DNA from: a virus
Taxonomy: Duplodnaviria > Caudoviricetes
DNA: 64,000 bases
Virus record (IMG/VR): IMGVR_UViG_3300031993_000015
Strand: one strand, 5' to 3'
The translations under genes and the position numbers were made by a program. The notes under the pieces were generated by a model. It saw only the letters and a list, made by a program, of their open reading frames with translations, was not told where the DNA came from and did not search any database. Positions 1 through 9,383 of the stretch are shown in pieces (position 1 is the first letter of the stretch; each line of letters starts with the position of its first letter).

Positions 1-30
1 ACGACGTGATCCACAAGCTGGAGGCCTGAT

Positions 31-1047
31 ATGAATTGGGCGGACATAGCTGCAATCGACAGTCCGGGCAATTACCCGGTCGGCCGCATTGAACAGGACA
101 TCGAGCCGGAGGTCAAGGAGTACCTCAATGACTACAATCTCAATGAGATGAAGTACGAGGACATCCGTGAGCTTCTGTTCAAGATCCGTCAGGACCTGCA
201 CCTCAAGCCGTGGCATCCGGTCACGCCTTATCTCCAGGCTTACGCTTTCGGCGATTGGGAATCCCGTGGCAAGCACATCAAAGGCAATCCGGTCGGATGG
301 ATCAGTTGCACCGGCAATTACAGACCTCTCAGCATGTACACGCACGACATCACCGAGAGCTATCCGGTGTATGCGTCTATCGGTTCAGGCGAGCAGGTCT
401 ATGTCGGCGAGCTCATCATGCAGATGGACGGCAAGAAGTGCTTCCGGTTCTGGGGCATTTACACCGAGCGCATGGTTGAGGACTGCTCCGGTTACGCCAG
501 ACCCATCCGGGATCCGCGCACAGGTGAGCAGTACTTCACCAGCACGGTTCTCTGCACTTGGGAGGAGCGCATCACTCTGACGGGTGACGTCGTTGTGAAG
601 GTTCAGTCCAGGAGACACAGGTTGTCAGCTGTCCGTTCCAATGGTGAACCGAAGTCCAAACAGAAGGACGAGCAGCTGGAACTCCCGCTGAAGCCTGCGG
701 AGAAAGCGCCGGCAAAACACGTGAAGCTGGTCACAGTACAGTGTCTGGCAGGGTCCGATGTCGAGAAGCGCAAGTTTATCATCGAGCTGTTTATCGGCAT
801 GTCGTCACTTGCGCGGGGTACGGTCGTTTCCCACGACAAGCTGACTGATGTTCTGACCGAGTACCTGAAGGAACTCGACAAGCCTGATGTGGGGATACAC
901 ATTCCGGACATTGTGCTGATGGCCTGCTGGTCATACTATTGCATGATGCCTGACGACGAGTCGCGCAAGACTACCAAGTACTGGTACGATGCGCTGGTTC
1001 GTACCGAGGACACTCGTGTAACACTGGAAGGAACCCGTGTGCCATGA
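31..1047 (+). CDS. hypothetical phage protein (338 aa)
   Basis: Long ORF starting just after the previous TGA (27-29), GGAGG upstream, genome-typical codon usage; stop overlaps next start (ATGA). Confidence 0.8.
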   Translation: MNWADIAAIDSPGNYPVGRIEQDIEPEVKEYLNDYNLNEMKYEDIRELLFKIRQDLHLKPWHPVTPYLQAYAFGDWESRGKHIKGNPVGWISCTGNYRPLSMYTHDITESYPVYASIGSGEQVYVGELIMQMDGKKCFRFWGIYTERMVEDCSGYARPIRDPRTGEQYFTSTVLCTWEERITLTGDVVVKVQSRRHRLSAVRSNGEPKSKQKDEQLELPLKPAEKAPAKHVKLVTVQCLAGSDVEKRKFIIELFIGMSSLARGTVVSHDKLTDVLTEYLKELDKPDVGIHIPDIVLMACWSYYCMMPDDESRKTTKYWYDALVRTEDTRVTLEGTRVP

Positions 1048-1331
1048 CAGAAGAGGAATACACACAGCTGAAAGACCGTGTAGACACGGTTGAGCAGGAA
1101 GTTGCCAATGTGAGTCGCATGTTGCAGGAAGTGCTTGTCAAGCTCGGCGTTAAGATCGAGAACTGCACAAACTGCACGCATCGCATAGGCGACTGCGAGG
1201 ATCCGTTCGACGATCCTGCGCAGAAGGTGTTCTGCGGGTTCTGGATGGACTATCATGTGCCGTCTCACCGGTGCAGGCAGTGGACTGACAAGCCGCAGGA
1301 CGACATCATTGATCTGGCGAGTTGTCCGTAG
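1044..1331 (+). CDS. small protein with coiled-coil N-terminus and Cys-rich (CxxCxH...C...C) C-terminus
   Basis: ATGA coupling with upstream gene; ENCTNCTH...FCG...RCRQW motif. Confidence 0.75.
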   Translation: MTEEEYTQLKDRVDTVEQEVANVSRMLQEVLVKLGVKIENCTNCTHRIGDCEDPFDDPAQKVFCGFWMDYHVPSHRCRQWTDKPQDDIIDLASCP

Positions 1332-1339
1332 GAGGTTCT

Positions 1340-1636
1340 ATGTTTCTCAGACACATCAGGAACTTGTTCTGTAGTCCGGAACAACGCGAAATAGACAGAC
1401 TCAATGGAAAGTTACATAACTTGCTTGATGACATGAATGAACAGCTTGATAAGATGCTTGAGCCATTCAAGAAAGACCGCGAATGCCTTAATTGCAGTCA
1501 TCATAAGTTCACAGATTTAAGCGAGCTGTGTTCACCCATTGTCTGTGTAAAACGCAGAAAGATCGTAGATCCGCAGGATTGTTGCCCCGATTTCGATAAT
1601 CTGTGGGATCATCAAAGAGAAACACCATCGGCCTGA
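1340..1636 (+). CDS. small Cys-rich hypothetical protein
   Basis: AGGAGG RBS before ATG 1340; RECLNCSH...C...C...CCPDF motif; overlaps the 3' end of the convergent sigma gene. Confidence 0.7.
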   Translation: MFLRHIRNLFCSPEQREIDRLNGKLHNLLDDMNEQLDKMLEPFKKDRECLNCSHHKFTDLSELCSPIVCVKRRKIVDPQDCCPDFDNLWDHQRETPSA

Positions 1637-2478
1637 AGGATTTCTTTGAGCTTCCCCTGAAGCCGTCTGAGCTTGATATGCAGGCGGGTGATGGGGAGGC
1701 CAGTTTCCTGGCAGATGGTGTTTTCGTCAAGTTGCTTGGCTCCGGCCAAGCCGTATAGGTGGATCAAAATGTATCTGTCCCTTTCGGGAAGGTCTTTCAT
1801 GGATTCATTCAACGCGGCAACCGCGTAGTCAACTTCACTTTTCTCTTGTGCTCCGTCGTCTAAATTCTCACCGATGAACTCACCGAACGTCGTACGACTG
1901 GAGTCGTCTTCACTCACGCTGGCCTCAATGGAGTAGACCTTGAGGTCAGCTCTTTTGATGTTTTCTAATTGTTTGTCTGACAGCCCCGTAATCCCTTTGA
2001 TTTCATCATCTGTCGGCTGTCGGTGGAATTGATTTGCGAAACTCAGTTTTACTTTTTCGAGGTTCAATACTTTTTGTGTTGCGCCACCCGGAATCCTTAT
2101 CGTATGCGTCTGTTCAGCGAGCGCCTTTCGGATTGCTTGCTTGATCCACCAGGTCGCATAACACGAGAACTTTGCTCCGTGTCCCGGCTGGAATTTGTCA
2201 GCTGCCGTCATCAGACCTCGGTTGCCTTCTGCCACGATATCGGCGAAGGTCATGCCGTAGCGCTTGAAATCATGGCTGATTTTTACGACCAGTTTGAGGT
2301 TCGAGTGAATCAGCTCTTCACGGGCTGCCTGCTTTTGCTCCTCTGTTCCGTTATGGATCAGATTTGAGAGCTCGACTTCGCGTTCTTTCGAGATTCTCTT
2401 GAAGCCATCAATGTCGTTCATGTAGCGGCTGATATCTTCTGTGAGCACGGACGCATTGCGGGTGGGACTGCAGATCAT
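1612..2478 (-). CDS. RNA polymerase sigma-70 family factor (regions 1.2-4; region 4.2 divergent)
   Basis: AAGGAG RBS before MICSP; region 1.2 (ISRYMNDI...SKEREVEL), region 2 (REELIHSNLKLVVKIS...EGNRGLMTAADKF...GAKFSCYATWWIKQAI...TIRIP), region 3 (RQPTDDEI), region 4 (LPERDRYIL..LYGL). Confidence 0.92.
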   Translation of the reverse strand: MICSPTRNASVLTEDISRYMNDIDGFKRISKEREVELSNLIHNGTEEQKQAAREELIHSNLKLVVKISHDFKRYGMTFADIVAEGNRGLMTAADKFQPGHGAKFSCYATWWIKQAIRKALAEQTHTIRIPGGATQKVLNLEKVKLSFANQFHRQPTDDEIKGITGLSDKQLENIKRADLKVYSIEASVSEDDSSRTTFGEFIGENLDDGAQEKSEVDYAVAALNESMKDLPERDRYILIHLYGLAGAKQLDENTICQETGLPITRLHIKLRRLQGKLKEILQADGVSL

Positions 2479-2512
2479 GGGTTTCTCCTTTTGGTTTTGG
2501 GTGATGCCAATC

Positions 2513-2541
2513 AATATAGCATCGGTTCCCGAATTTGTCAA
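2513..2541 (-). promoter_or_regulatory. canonical sigma70-type promoter for the phage sigma gene
   Basis: Minus strand reads TTGACA-17 nt-TATATT with an extended TG, about 35 nt upstream of the sigma start codon. Confidence 0.75.
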
Positions 2542-2578
2542 ACTCTGTTTTGCATTTTTGTGTAAATTCTTGTAAGTG

Positions 2579-2607
2579 TTTATTACTCATGCCTTTGCGG
2601 GCATAAT
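2579..2607 (+). promoter_or_regulatory. phage-type promoter copy 1 (TTTATT-N17-CATAAT)
   Basis: Same GGG-CATAAT element and 17-nt spacing as the seven copies at 37.9-44.1 kb; the -35 is degenerate. Confidence 0.55.
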
Positions 2608-2622
2608 ACAATGGAGAACTGC

Positions 2623-3708
2623 ATGCTGTCCTATGTTGGGACGACGTGGACAGTTCCCATAACATCAATGGGGGAAGTACTCCCCAGAAAGGATTGGACC
2701 ATGTTGGCGCCAATTCCCTTCAACATCGACGTCCTCCGTGGACGTGAAGCGTTACACCTCATCAACCACAACGGGGGCTTTGCGCTCAGCGCAGAACTGA
2801 AGCCGAAGCTGACAAAGGGCAAGCTGAACGTCGCTATGCCCAGCCCTAACGAAAGCAACATGTTGGTGTGCGCTTTGCTGGGCATCTTGACGGGCCGGAA
2901 GGTGATGTTCATCTTCTGTGACCGGAAAGATGATCCCCGCTTCTGTGAGTGCGATTTCGTGCTCACGCAGCAGTCACCTCTGTTCGGCTCCGACAAGGCG
3001 GATGCCATCGAGGTGTTCCTTGCCATCCTGTGGAATACGCCGTGGGTGATCGAGCTCTTCGACGAACCTGCGGCCGCTGATGGATGGCTCCAGCAGATCT
3101 GGACCTCCTGCTTCGAGGGTCTCAGTTATGTCTGGCGTATCGCAGGCATGTCCCAGTGGGATGAGAAGGAGACTGCATGGAAAGCACTCTGGTGGCTCGA
3201 CAAGCAGCTCCGTGCTATGCAGCATACTTATCTTCTTGAGGGCAACCTTATGAAGAAGCTCCGCAGTATGGTGCATGACCACAAGGGTGTCATAAAGCTC
3301 CCGCCTGGATCGGACGGTATGGGCATCGACAAGTGCATTCAGTTCATTCGGGCTGTAGAAGCCGAGACGCTCAACGCCAGGGAGCATATCCCGGTCGTCG
3401 TCATCATCGGACAGCGTAGGGGTGTCTGGCATGTCTGGCCGGCGCTCACGCTGGACGACCAGGGCAACGAAGTTCCGTGCATGAACTTTAAGGCAGCGTT
3501 GCAAACCGAGCCTGACAGCCGCAAATGGATGGCGCGGCTCTACAGCAAACTGCATTACAACAAGTTCAGCAAGACCGAAGTCATCGAGTGCGCAGAAGGC
3601 CATGCTGCCTGTATGCTGGCGGACTGGCTTTGTGCCTGTTTCCACGGCAAGGCCAAGCAGGGAGACCTGGAAGGCATTGTCGGGCTCTATGATGGAATCC
3701 CCAAATAA
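2623..3708 (+). CDS. hypothetical protein (~361 aa)
   Basis: Long ORF; ATG 2623 has GGAG upstream, whereas ATG 2611 lies only 3 nt after the putative -10 element. Confidence 0.75.
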   Translation: MLSYVGTTWTVPITSMGEVLPRKDWTMLAPIPFNIDVLRGREALHLINHNGGFALSAELKPKLTKGKLNVAMPSPNESNMLVCALLGILTGRKVMFIFCDRKDDPRFCECDFVLTQQSPLFGSDKADAIEVFLAILWNTPWVIELFDEPAAADGWLQQIWTSCFEGLSYVWRIAGMSQWDEKETAWKALWWLDKQLRAMQHTYLLEGNLMKKLRSMVHDHKGVIKLPPGSDGMGIDKCIQFIRAVEAETLNAREHIPVVVIIGQRRGVWHVWPALTLDDQGNEVPCMNFKAALQTEPDSRKWMARLYSKLHYNKFSKTEVIECAEGHAACMLADWLCACFHGKAKQGDLEGIVGLYDGIPK

Positions 3709-3717
3709 GGAGCAACC

Positions 3718-3942
3718 ATGAGCAAACTCGATAACATTGGTGCAGGCACCTGCCCGAACTGCGAGAGCGAAGACGTCGAGAACGTCGGCGTTAACTACCT
3801 CAAGGATCACAATGAGGGCGTGAGCTACCTGCGCCGCTGCAACGACTGCGGAGCCAAGTTCCGCGAAGTTTACCAACTCGAATATATCGGTTCTGAACTC
3901 GTTTCGGTTCCGAAAACGCATAATGGAAGGAAAAATCAATGA
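3718..3942 (+). CDS. zinc-ribbon protein
   Basis: AAGGAG RBS; CPNC...CNDCGAKFREVY. Confidence 0.8.
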   Translation: MSKLDNIGAGTCPNCESEDVENVGVNYLKDHNEGVSYLRRCNDCGAKFREVYQLEYIGSELVSVPKTHNGRKNQ

Positions 3943-4313
3943 TGACGAACTTTCCGAACACGCCGGGTGCTACCCCGGCAAACCCTGAGAAATACATCCA
4001 GGGTGAGAAGGCCGACAAGGTCGAAACCGTGAAGTCCATTCTGATGGGCAAACCGCAGACCGAGCAGGCCAAGCAAGTCAGCGCCCTGTTGCAGGACATC
4101 TACGACCTCCAGGGCAAAGCAAGCCGTACGCCCGTGCTGTCGGAAGACGGCGCGGTTCTGCTGAAGGGCATTCAGGACAGTCTGTCCGCGATGGCCGCCA
4201 ATCTCACGACGTCGCTTGGCATCAAGTCCGAGAACGACGTGAACCGTGCAATCAACGAAATGCGTGCCCGCGTGGTCTACTACCAGAGTGCGCTGGAAGG
4301 AGTTTACGTATGA
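3939..4313 (+). CDS. hypothetical helical protein
   Basis: Coupled to both neighbours by overlapping start/stop codons. Confidence 0.75.
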   Translation: MMTNFPNTPGATPANPEKYIQGEKADKVETVKSILMGKPQTEQAKQVSALLQDIYDLQGKASRTPVLSEDGAVLLKGIQDSLSAMAANLTTSLGIKSENDVNRAINEMRARVVYYQSALEGVYV

Positions 4314-4474
4314 CCGAAGTCTATTATGACCTGGGTCCGTGCTTCAGTATGATCTGCGCCAGTCTGTACGACTTCAGCGCATTCATCATGGAGCTCCCGC
4401 AGTTCCACCCTGTCATGACCATCCAAGGCGATGTACAGCTCGATACGCTGTTCATACAGGAGGACGCGGAATGA
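4310..4474 (+). CDS. small hypothetical protein (54 aa, MTEVYYDLG...)
   Basis: Translated by hand; AAGGAG RBS and ATGA overlaps at both ends. Confidence 0.65.
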   Translation: MTEVYYDLGPCFSMICASLYDFSAFIMELPQFHPVMTIQGDVQLDTLFIQEDAE

Positions 4475-4653
4475 CGTTCTGCAACAGTAAGGAATGTCCG
4501 AAGAAGGACAAGTGCGGAACGCACAGGGATCGCCTCACGGTACCGGAGGGAGTCAGCTGCCCAGTCTGGGAGTTCGACTTCTACAAGCTGGTCAAGGACG
4601 GCGAATGCAAAAACGAACGCAAGTTCGCAAGATACACCGTCAGAACAAACTAA
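4471..4653 (+). CDS. small Cys-rich hypothetical protein (MTFCNSKECPKKDKC...)
   Basis: AGGAGG RBS; ATGA overlap. Confidence 0.7.
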   Translation: MTFCNSKECPKKDKCGTHRDRLTVPEGVSCPVWEFDFYKLVKDGECKNERKFARYTVRTN

Positions 4654-4665
4654 GGAGAAATCCAA

Positions 4666-4911
4666 ATGTCATGCAATAGACTCGTGAAGGCTTTGACAAG
4701 CCTCATCAACATGAACAATGTCGCCGAGAAGGTCGAAGATATCTACGGCGAGGCCGACGATGAAATGAGCTGCAAGGAAATTACGGAGCTCGTAAAGTCC
4801 GGTCAGGTTCAGATCGTCATCGGAATCACCTGCTATGACCGCAACGGAGACTACGTCGGCGAAGACGAAGTCGAGTGCGAGCAGTCCGAGGATGACTACG
4901 ATGACGAATGA
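4666..4911 (+). CDS. small acidic hypothetical protein
   Basis: AAGGAG RBS; D/E-rich C-terminus. Confidence 0.75.
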   Translation: MSCNRLVKALTSLINMNNVAEKVEDIYGEADDEMSCKEITELVKSGQVQIVIGITCYDRNGDYVGEDEVECEQSEDDYDDE

Positions 4912-5578
4912 TAAGCGCACCATCACCAGCTCCAAGTACGGCGACATCATTCACCAGGGTCAGGACTGGACCTTCATCGAGAGCGGAATGCTGCATGCAG
5001 CCACTGTAGAATGTGGCGGTATCGCCAGAATCGACAGCGGCGGGTCTGCAAGCGCCTGTACAGTGGAGCAAAACGGCCAGATGTGTGTCACTGCGGGTGG
5101 TCACGTAGAATGCGTCTGCGTGGCCTCTGCAGGCCTTCTGCGCGTTTCTAAAGGAGGCTTCGCAAGTATCCTGAACACATCCAGCGGCGGACATATCGTT
5201 CTCAGCGGCGGCTTTGCGCACAACGTCATACTGTCAGGCGGCCAGATCACTGTGTCAGAAGGCCAGGCAACGGAAGTCAACCTTGCAGGCCCCAACAGTT
5301 ATCTGGCCCTGCAGGACGGTACCTACGGTGCAGAAGTCCGTATCGGTTCCGACTGCACCGCCAGGGTCGCCAATGGAGCGCTGTTGGAGCATGTGACCGT
5401 CAGCTCCGGCGGCACACTGAAACTCTATCACCAGAGCATCTGCAGAGACATCATGCTGGAGCCCGGTGGTAGAATCGTCGCAACACACTATTCAATCATC
5501 TCAGGTCTGTCGTCTGTGCGCGATTATGCGCTCAAGGTGCATGACTCTGAAATAAACATGCTTGTCATCGAGGGATGA
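4901..5578 (+). CDS. AIDA-like beta-helix repeat protein
   Basis: Repeating ~19-aa units of the type V-x-S-G-G-x-x-x-V-x-x-G-G (e.g. TVSSGGTLKL, IDSGGSA); no signal peptide. Confidence 0.7.
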   Translation: MTNDKRTITSSKYGDIIHQGQDWTFIESGMLHAATVECGGIARIDSGGSASACTVEQNGQMCVTAGGHVECVCVASAGLLRVSKGGFASILNTSSGGHIVLSGGFAHNVILSGGQITVSEGQATEVNLAGPNSYLALQDGTYGAEVRIGSDCTARVANGALLEHVTVSSGGTLKLYHQSICRDIMLEPGGRIVATHYSIISGLSSVRDYALKVHDSEINMLVIEG

Positions 5579-5594
5579 CAGAAAGGAATACACA

Positions 5595-6050
5595 ATGGAT
5601 CTCGTAACAATCACAACCGGAATTGCTGGTGTCGTCATCGCAATATTCGTCGCTTGTGCCTGCATTGGCATCATGCTGGAATACAGACGGGACGACAACT
5701 ACGACTTCAAGAGGAATCTGGGCGGTCTCATGCATCTTGCCCAGCGGTTAGAGCAGAAGGATCTGTCTCCGGAGGCCGGTTCAGAGGCACTTGCCGATCT
5801 GTTCAAGGAGATCGACAGAGACGCTGCAGCTGTCAATCAGGCCGCACTGCGCCACAGATATCACGCTCGGTGGTTCCATGTCTGGGCAATTATCTGTGTG
5901 CTGATCGCCTGTCTCGTGTTCGTCGGCGGCCTGTTCCTGGACAACCATATCCAGAATAAAGTCAACGAATCTTACCGTGCAGGAAACCAGCATGGAATGA
6001 ATGTCGCACGCGGTATCTGGGAGGCAACTCATGTCGAACAGGCAGAATGA
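5595..6050 (+). CDS. two-TM membrane protein
   Basis: AAGGA RBS; two hydrophobic stretches (IAGVVIAIFVACACIGIML; VWAIICVLIACLVFVGGLFL). Confidence 0.75.
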   Translation: MDLVTITTGIAGVVIAIFVACACIGIMLEYRRDDNYDFKRNLGGLMHLAQRLEQKDLSPEAGSEALADLFKEIDRDAAAVNQAALRHRYHARWFHVWAIICVLIACLVFVGGLFLDNHIQNKVNESYRAGNQHGMNVARGIWEATHVEQAE

Positions 6051-6309
6051 CGGTATCCAGCTTTACATCAACGGCAAGCGCACGAACATATGCAGGCTGG
6101 ATGATGAGAAGCTGGACAAGCTCATCGAAAGCTCCAGGGCGCTCGTAGGCAACTGCGAGCGCCAGCTTGCTCTTACACAGGAAATGCTGGAAGCCATCAA
6201 GCTGAAGCTCAAAGCAGCCAAGGCAGAACTCGCGAGCTGGGAAGAGCTCAAGAGCATCCGTGCGGAACGCAGCAACATCTTCGACAAGTGGGAGGAGACC
6301 GATGAGTAA
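6031..6309 (+). CDS. coiled-coil hypothetical protein
   Basis: GGAGG RBS; heptad-like Leu pattern. Confidence 0.75.
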   Translation: MSNRQNDGIQLYINGKRTNICRLDDEKLDKLIESSRALVGNCERQLALTQEMLEAIKLKLKAAKAELASWEELKSIRAERSNIFDKWEETDE

Positions 6310-6976
6310 CGCAACCATGTCGGGTTTCATCACAGTGTCGTCCGGTCGCATCGAGCTGCCGGAGGACGTCGATGTCTACATGTCAGGCTGCGCTGTGATC
6401 GGTAAAGGCGGAGAACTGATTCTGAACGGTAAAGGCCAGTCGTCCCAGTACATACATGAGTGTATTGTCGAGGAAGGTGGCTATCTGTATGCCGGCGGTA
6501 ATCTGGCGCATGTTACCAGCGCCACTATTCAGGAGTCAGGACATCTGTATGTCAGCGATGACGCACATATGTACGACGTCATGGGCGGCGGCCTTATCAT
6601 CTGCAGAGGTGCATCCAGTATCCTGCATATGGAAGTCACGGCCGGCGGCAAGGCTGTTCTGGAGAATGTGAAGCTCGCACGGAACGTTCATGTGCATCCT
6701 CGTGCAGAACTGGAAGTCGGCAGCCAGACGCATATCGAACACCTCGTTGTTCGTATGGGTGGCTATGCCAGGATCTCAGAGTCACATGCTGTGGATGTCG
6801 AGATCTGCAGCGGTGGCACGCTGTCCATTCTGGACGCCAACGTCAGCGAGATTCGGCAATCCGAGGGTGCCGTGGTCAAAATCAACGGCAAGTGCAAGGT
6901 CCACTACAACAGGCTGTCGGAAGTCGGCGGCCCTGAGTTCAAGGAGTACTCTGATGGACTCTCAAAAGAAGAGTAA
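6302..6976 (+). CDS. AIDA-like beta-helix repeat protein
   Basis: GGAGG RBS; repeated VxxGGxLxV units; paralog of 4901-5578. Confidence 0.7.
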   Translation: MSNATMSGFITVSSGRIELPEDVDVYMSGCAVIGKGGELILNGKGQSSQYIHECIVEEGGYLYAGGNLAHVTSATIQESGHLYVSDDAHMYDVMGGGLIICRGASSILHMEVTAGGKAVLENVKLARNVHVHPRAELEVGSQTHIEHLVVRMGGYARISESHAVDVEICSGGTLSILDANVSEIRQSEGAVVKINGKCKVHYNRLSEVGGPEFKEYSDGLSKEE

Positions 6977-7733
6977 GTTCAAACCTGGTAAGCTGTCGTT
7001 CCGGCCGGTAGTGGCCAGCATGTGTCCTGTCAAGGGCGACCCTGTCCATTACGGCATCGCGGCTACACGTATAACGCAGGAGGATATAGACAATGGCTGG
7101 ACCCAGCACTCGGCCGGTCCAAGCTCCTGGTCGGAACCGCTGCGTACGCTGACAGAAGCCAAGCGCATTGCACAGCGCAAGAACCGCAAGTGGGCATGGC
7201 AGGAAGCCAAGCGCGTTCGGCAGGCCAGAACCTTCCTGAGCCAATACTGGAACGCACCGTGGGATGCACCTTTCAATGTCGGTCACGTCTCTACCGTGAA
7301 GTTCCCTGGAGGATTCCACAAACCGCGCTTCAATCTGAACGAGACGGTGTTCTTTGTGAAGGTTGTGCGTGATCCGTACCTGCAGTTGTACTACGGGCGT
7401 GGTGTCATCACGGGAGTTCAGTGGGTTTACGGATACGATGCTGAGCACCCGGTTGACAATGCCAATCGTGGTGAATGGCATTGGACATATCGTTTGGACT
7501 TCCGCCGGCGCTGTAACCAGATCGACAGGGAGCACGATGACAGACTCAATCCAGCGAGCTGGGTGCCTGATTACGAGTACGTGATTGAGCGCGAGGTGTT
7601 CAGAACACTGGAAGACGCGCTTGAAGCTCTTGAGAAGTACAACAACGAGCTGGCCTGCAGATGGCACAGTATCGAGGATCGTCTTGAGAATGTTCGTACC
7701 AGGGACATGAAAGACGGCGAGGAGATCGGCTGA
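6954..7733 (+). CDS. SH3/KOW-like barrel family protein
   Basis: AAGGAG RBS; FNLNETVFFV...GRGVITGV...VFRTLEDALEAL family motif. Confidence 0.7.
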   Translation: MDSQKKSKFKPGKLSFRPVVASMCPVKGDPVHYGIAATRITQEDIDNGWTQHSAGPSSWSEPLRTLTEAKRIAQRKNRKWAWQEAKRVRQARTFLSQYWNAPWDAPFNVGHVSTVKFPGGFHKPRFNLNETVFFVKVVRDPYLQLYYGRGVITGVQWVYGYDAEHPVDNANRGEWHWTYRLDFRRRCNQIDREHDDRLNPASWVPDYEYVIEREVFRTLEDALEALEKYNNELACRWHSIEDRLENVRTRDMKDGEEIG

Positions 7734-8350
7734 TGGCTAAAAAGAAGTCAGAGAAGGAACCGATTCCTTATGGTGTTACCACCATGTGGGGCGGCGAGGA
7801 CCGTCCGTTACACGCTACAGTGACACGTGACCATGTGTACGCTCATCTCAAGTACCCCTTGAAAGAGGCCATAAAGCGTGCCAGGGAAATGAATGATGTG
7901 GAGATGAAGGACCAGGAACTCGAACATATTGAATACCTTGAGGTGTTCGATAAAGAGAGCCCATCGGATTTCAGAGTACTCCAACGCATTTCCAAACTGC
8001 CGAAGTATCGTTGCGGACAGAAAGTGTTCGTAGTGCATGCTCGTGTATGTGATCTGTTCGCTGCAAAAGGCGTGATCGTCGGTATGGAATGGGACGAAGT
8101 CCTCAGAGACTGGCAGTACACTGTCATGTATCGCGGACATGTCAAGCGGTCATTCCAGCAGGGAAAAGGACCACTGCACGAGCTAACTCTTGTGGACACT
8201 GAAGACTATATATTCCCTTACGAGCAGAAGGCGAAAGCCAAGAAGCTGTTTGTAAAAGGTATTTCCGATTGCGGAAAATGGTGGTCGAAGTTTGTCGCAA
8301 AGTTGGCAAAACTGAAGGAAGGCATGCTGGCAGAAGGCGACACGCTGTAG
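7733..8350 (+). CDS. SH3/KOW-like barrel family protein
   Basis: KYRCGQKVFVV...KGVIVGMEW...YIFPYEQKA; TGATG overlap. Confidence 0.7.
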   Translation: MAKKKSEKEPIPYGVTTMWGGEDRPLHATVTRDHVYAHLKYPLKEAIKRAREMNDVEMKDQELEHIEYLEVFDKESPSDFRVLQRISKLPKYRCGQKVFVVHARVCDLFAAKGVIVGMEWDEVLRDWQYTVMYRGHVKRSFQQGKGPLHELTLVDTEDYIFPYEQKAKAKKLFVKGISDCGKWWSKFVAKLAKLKEGMLAEGDTL

Positions 8351-8383
8351 TGACGCTGAGTCTCTTTGTAGGAGGTAATGCCT

Positions 8384-9286
8384 ATGAAGAGACTCAAAAT
8401 CGTTTGCGTGTGTGGTGGTGGCGTGTTCGGCGCAATCCCCGCACACTTTCTCAGTATGTTGCCAGATGCTCAGCAGATGTTGAAAGACGTCGATGTCATC
8501 TGCGGTACATCAATCGGTGGTATTCTCTCGTGCGCTTATGCAGTTGGTCATACATTCAAAGATGTGGACAAATGCTTCCAGGAGCGTGCGAAAGACTGCT
8601 TCAAGAAACGCACTTGGGCGAAGATCGACCCACTGGCGTGCCCTGTGTACGACAGCAAGAGTCTGTATGAAGTCATCCAGGACATGATCGGTAATAGTCT
8701 GATGCGGGATGTCAAAAAGGTATTTCCGCATCTGTCTATTGTTGTTCCTGCTTTGAACGCTACCAAGGATAAGCCGATCATATTTCAAAACATCACACAT
8801 GAGTTTGAGAATATTAAGCTGGTTGAAGTTGCGAAGATGACTTCTGCAGCTCCTTCTTATTTCGACTGTGTGGAGTTTAAGGGTGATGCCATCATTGATG
8901 GTGGACTCCTTGATGTTGATGGTGCTCTAACAGGTGTCACCACAGTGCAGGAGCTTACTGGCGTTCCGTTCGAGAATATGGATCTTATGGTCCTTGGTAC
9001 AGGACAGGACGTCGATGAGAATCCATTGACAGTGAAGGCTTATCGCAGATTGAAATTGTTCCCAGGTATGGTCTTGGGGGTACTTCGTGCGTATGCTACT
9101 CTTGGTAACAAAGAGATGTCCAAGAAGCACTTGCGTGGTCTCGGCTGTCACTGCTTTAACTACTTCAATCCAGTGGTGATCAACGGACAGCTCGACGATT
9201 GGAAGCAGGTGCCTGCCCTCGTGAAAGAAGCTGACAAGCACAAGGATGAGTTCCTTCGCTGGTGGGAAGCATGGAGAACATGCTGA
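8384..9286 (+). CDS. patatin-like phospholipase
   Basis: GGGVFG oxyanion motif, GTSIG nucleophile elbow, SAAPSYF and catalytic DGG; AGGAGG RBS. Confidence 0.93.
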   Translation: MKRLKIVCVCGGGVFGAIPAHFLSMLPDAQQMLKDVDVICGTSIGGILSCAYAVGHTFKDVDKCFQERAKDCFKKRTWAKIDPLACPVYDSKSLYEVIQDMIGNSLMRDVKKVFPHLSIVVPALNATKDKPIIFQNITHEFENIKLVEVAKMTSAAPSYFDCVEFKGDAIIDGGLLDVDGALTGVTTVQELTGVPFENMDLMVLGTGQDVDENPLTVKAYRRLKLFPGMVLGVLRAYATLGNKEMSKKHLRGLGCHCFNYFNPVVINGQLDDWKQVPALVKEADKHKDEFLRWWEAWRTC

Positions 9287-9339
9287 TACACAACAATTAA
9301 CAATTTGGTAACGAAATTATTTTCGTGACCAGCAACTAT

Positions 9340-9369
9340 AGGGTCGGTCCATATTGGTCCGGCCCTTTT
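9340..9369 (+). terminator. intrinsic terminator after the patatin gene
   Basis: GGGTCGG...CCGGCCC stem followed by TTTT; a second hairpin lies at 9306-9331. Confidence 0.55.
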
Positions 9370-9383
9370 CATTGGAGGTTATT

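Noticed and set aside
6690-6953. Upstream extensions given by the ORF track (e.g. 6690, 18501, 29557, 29933, 41911, 45463, 48377)
   Set aside because: They overlap upstream genes extensively; downstream ATGs with clear RBSs were used instead.
8384-9286. Complete CBASS defence operon
   Set aside because: No CD-NTase or cap2/cap3 neighbours; only the patatin gene is present.
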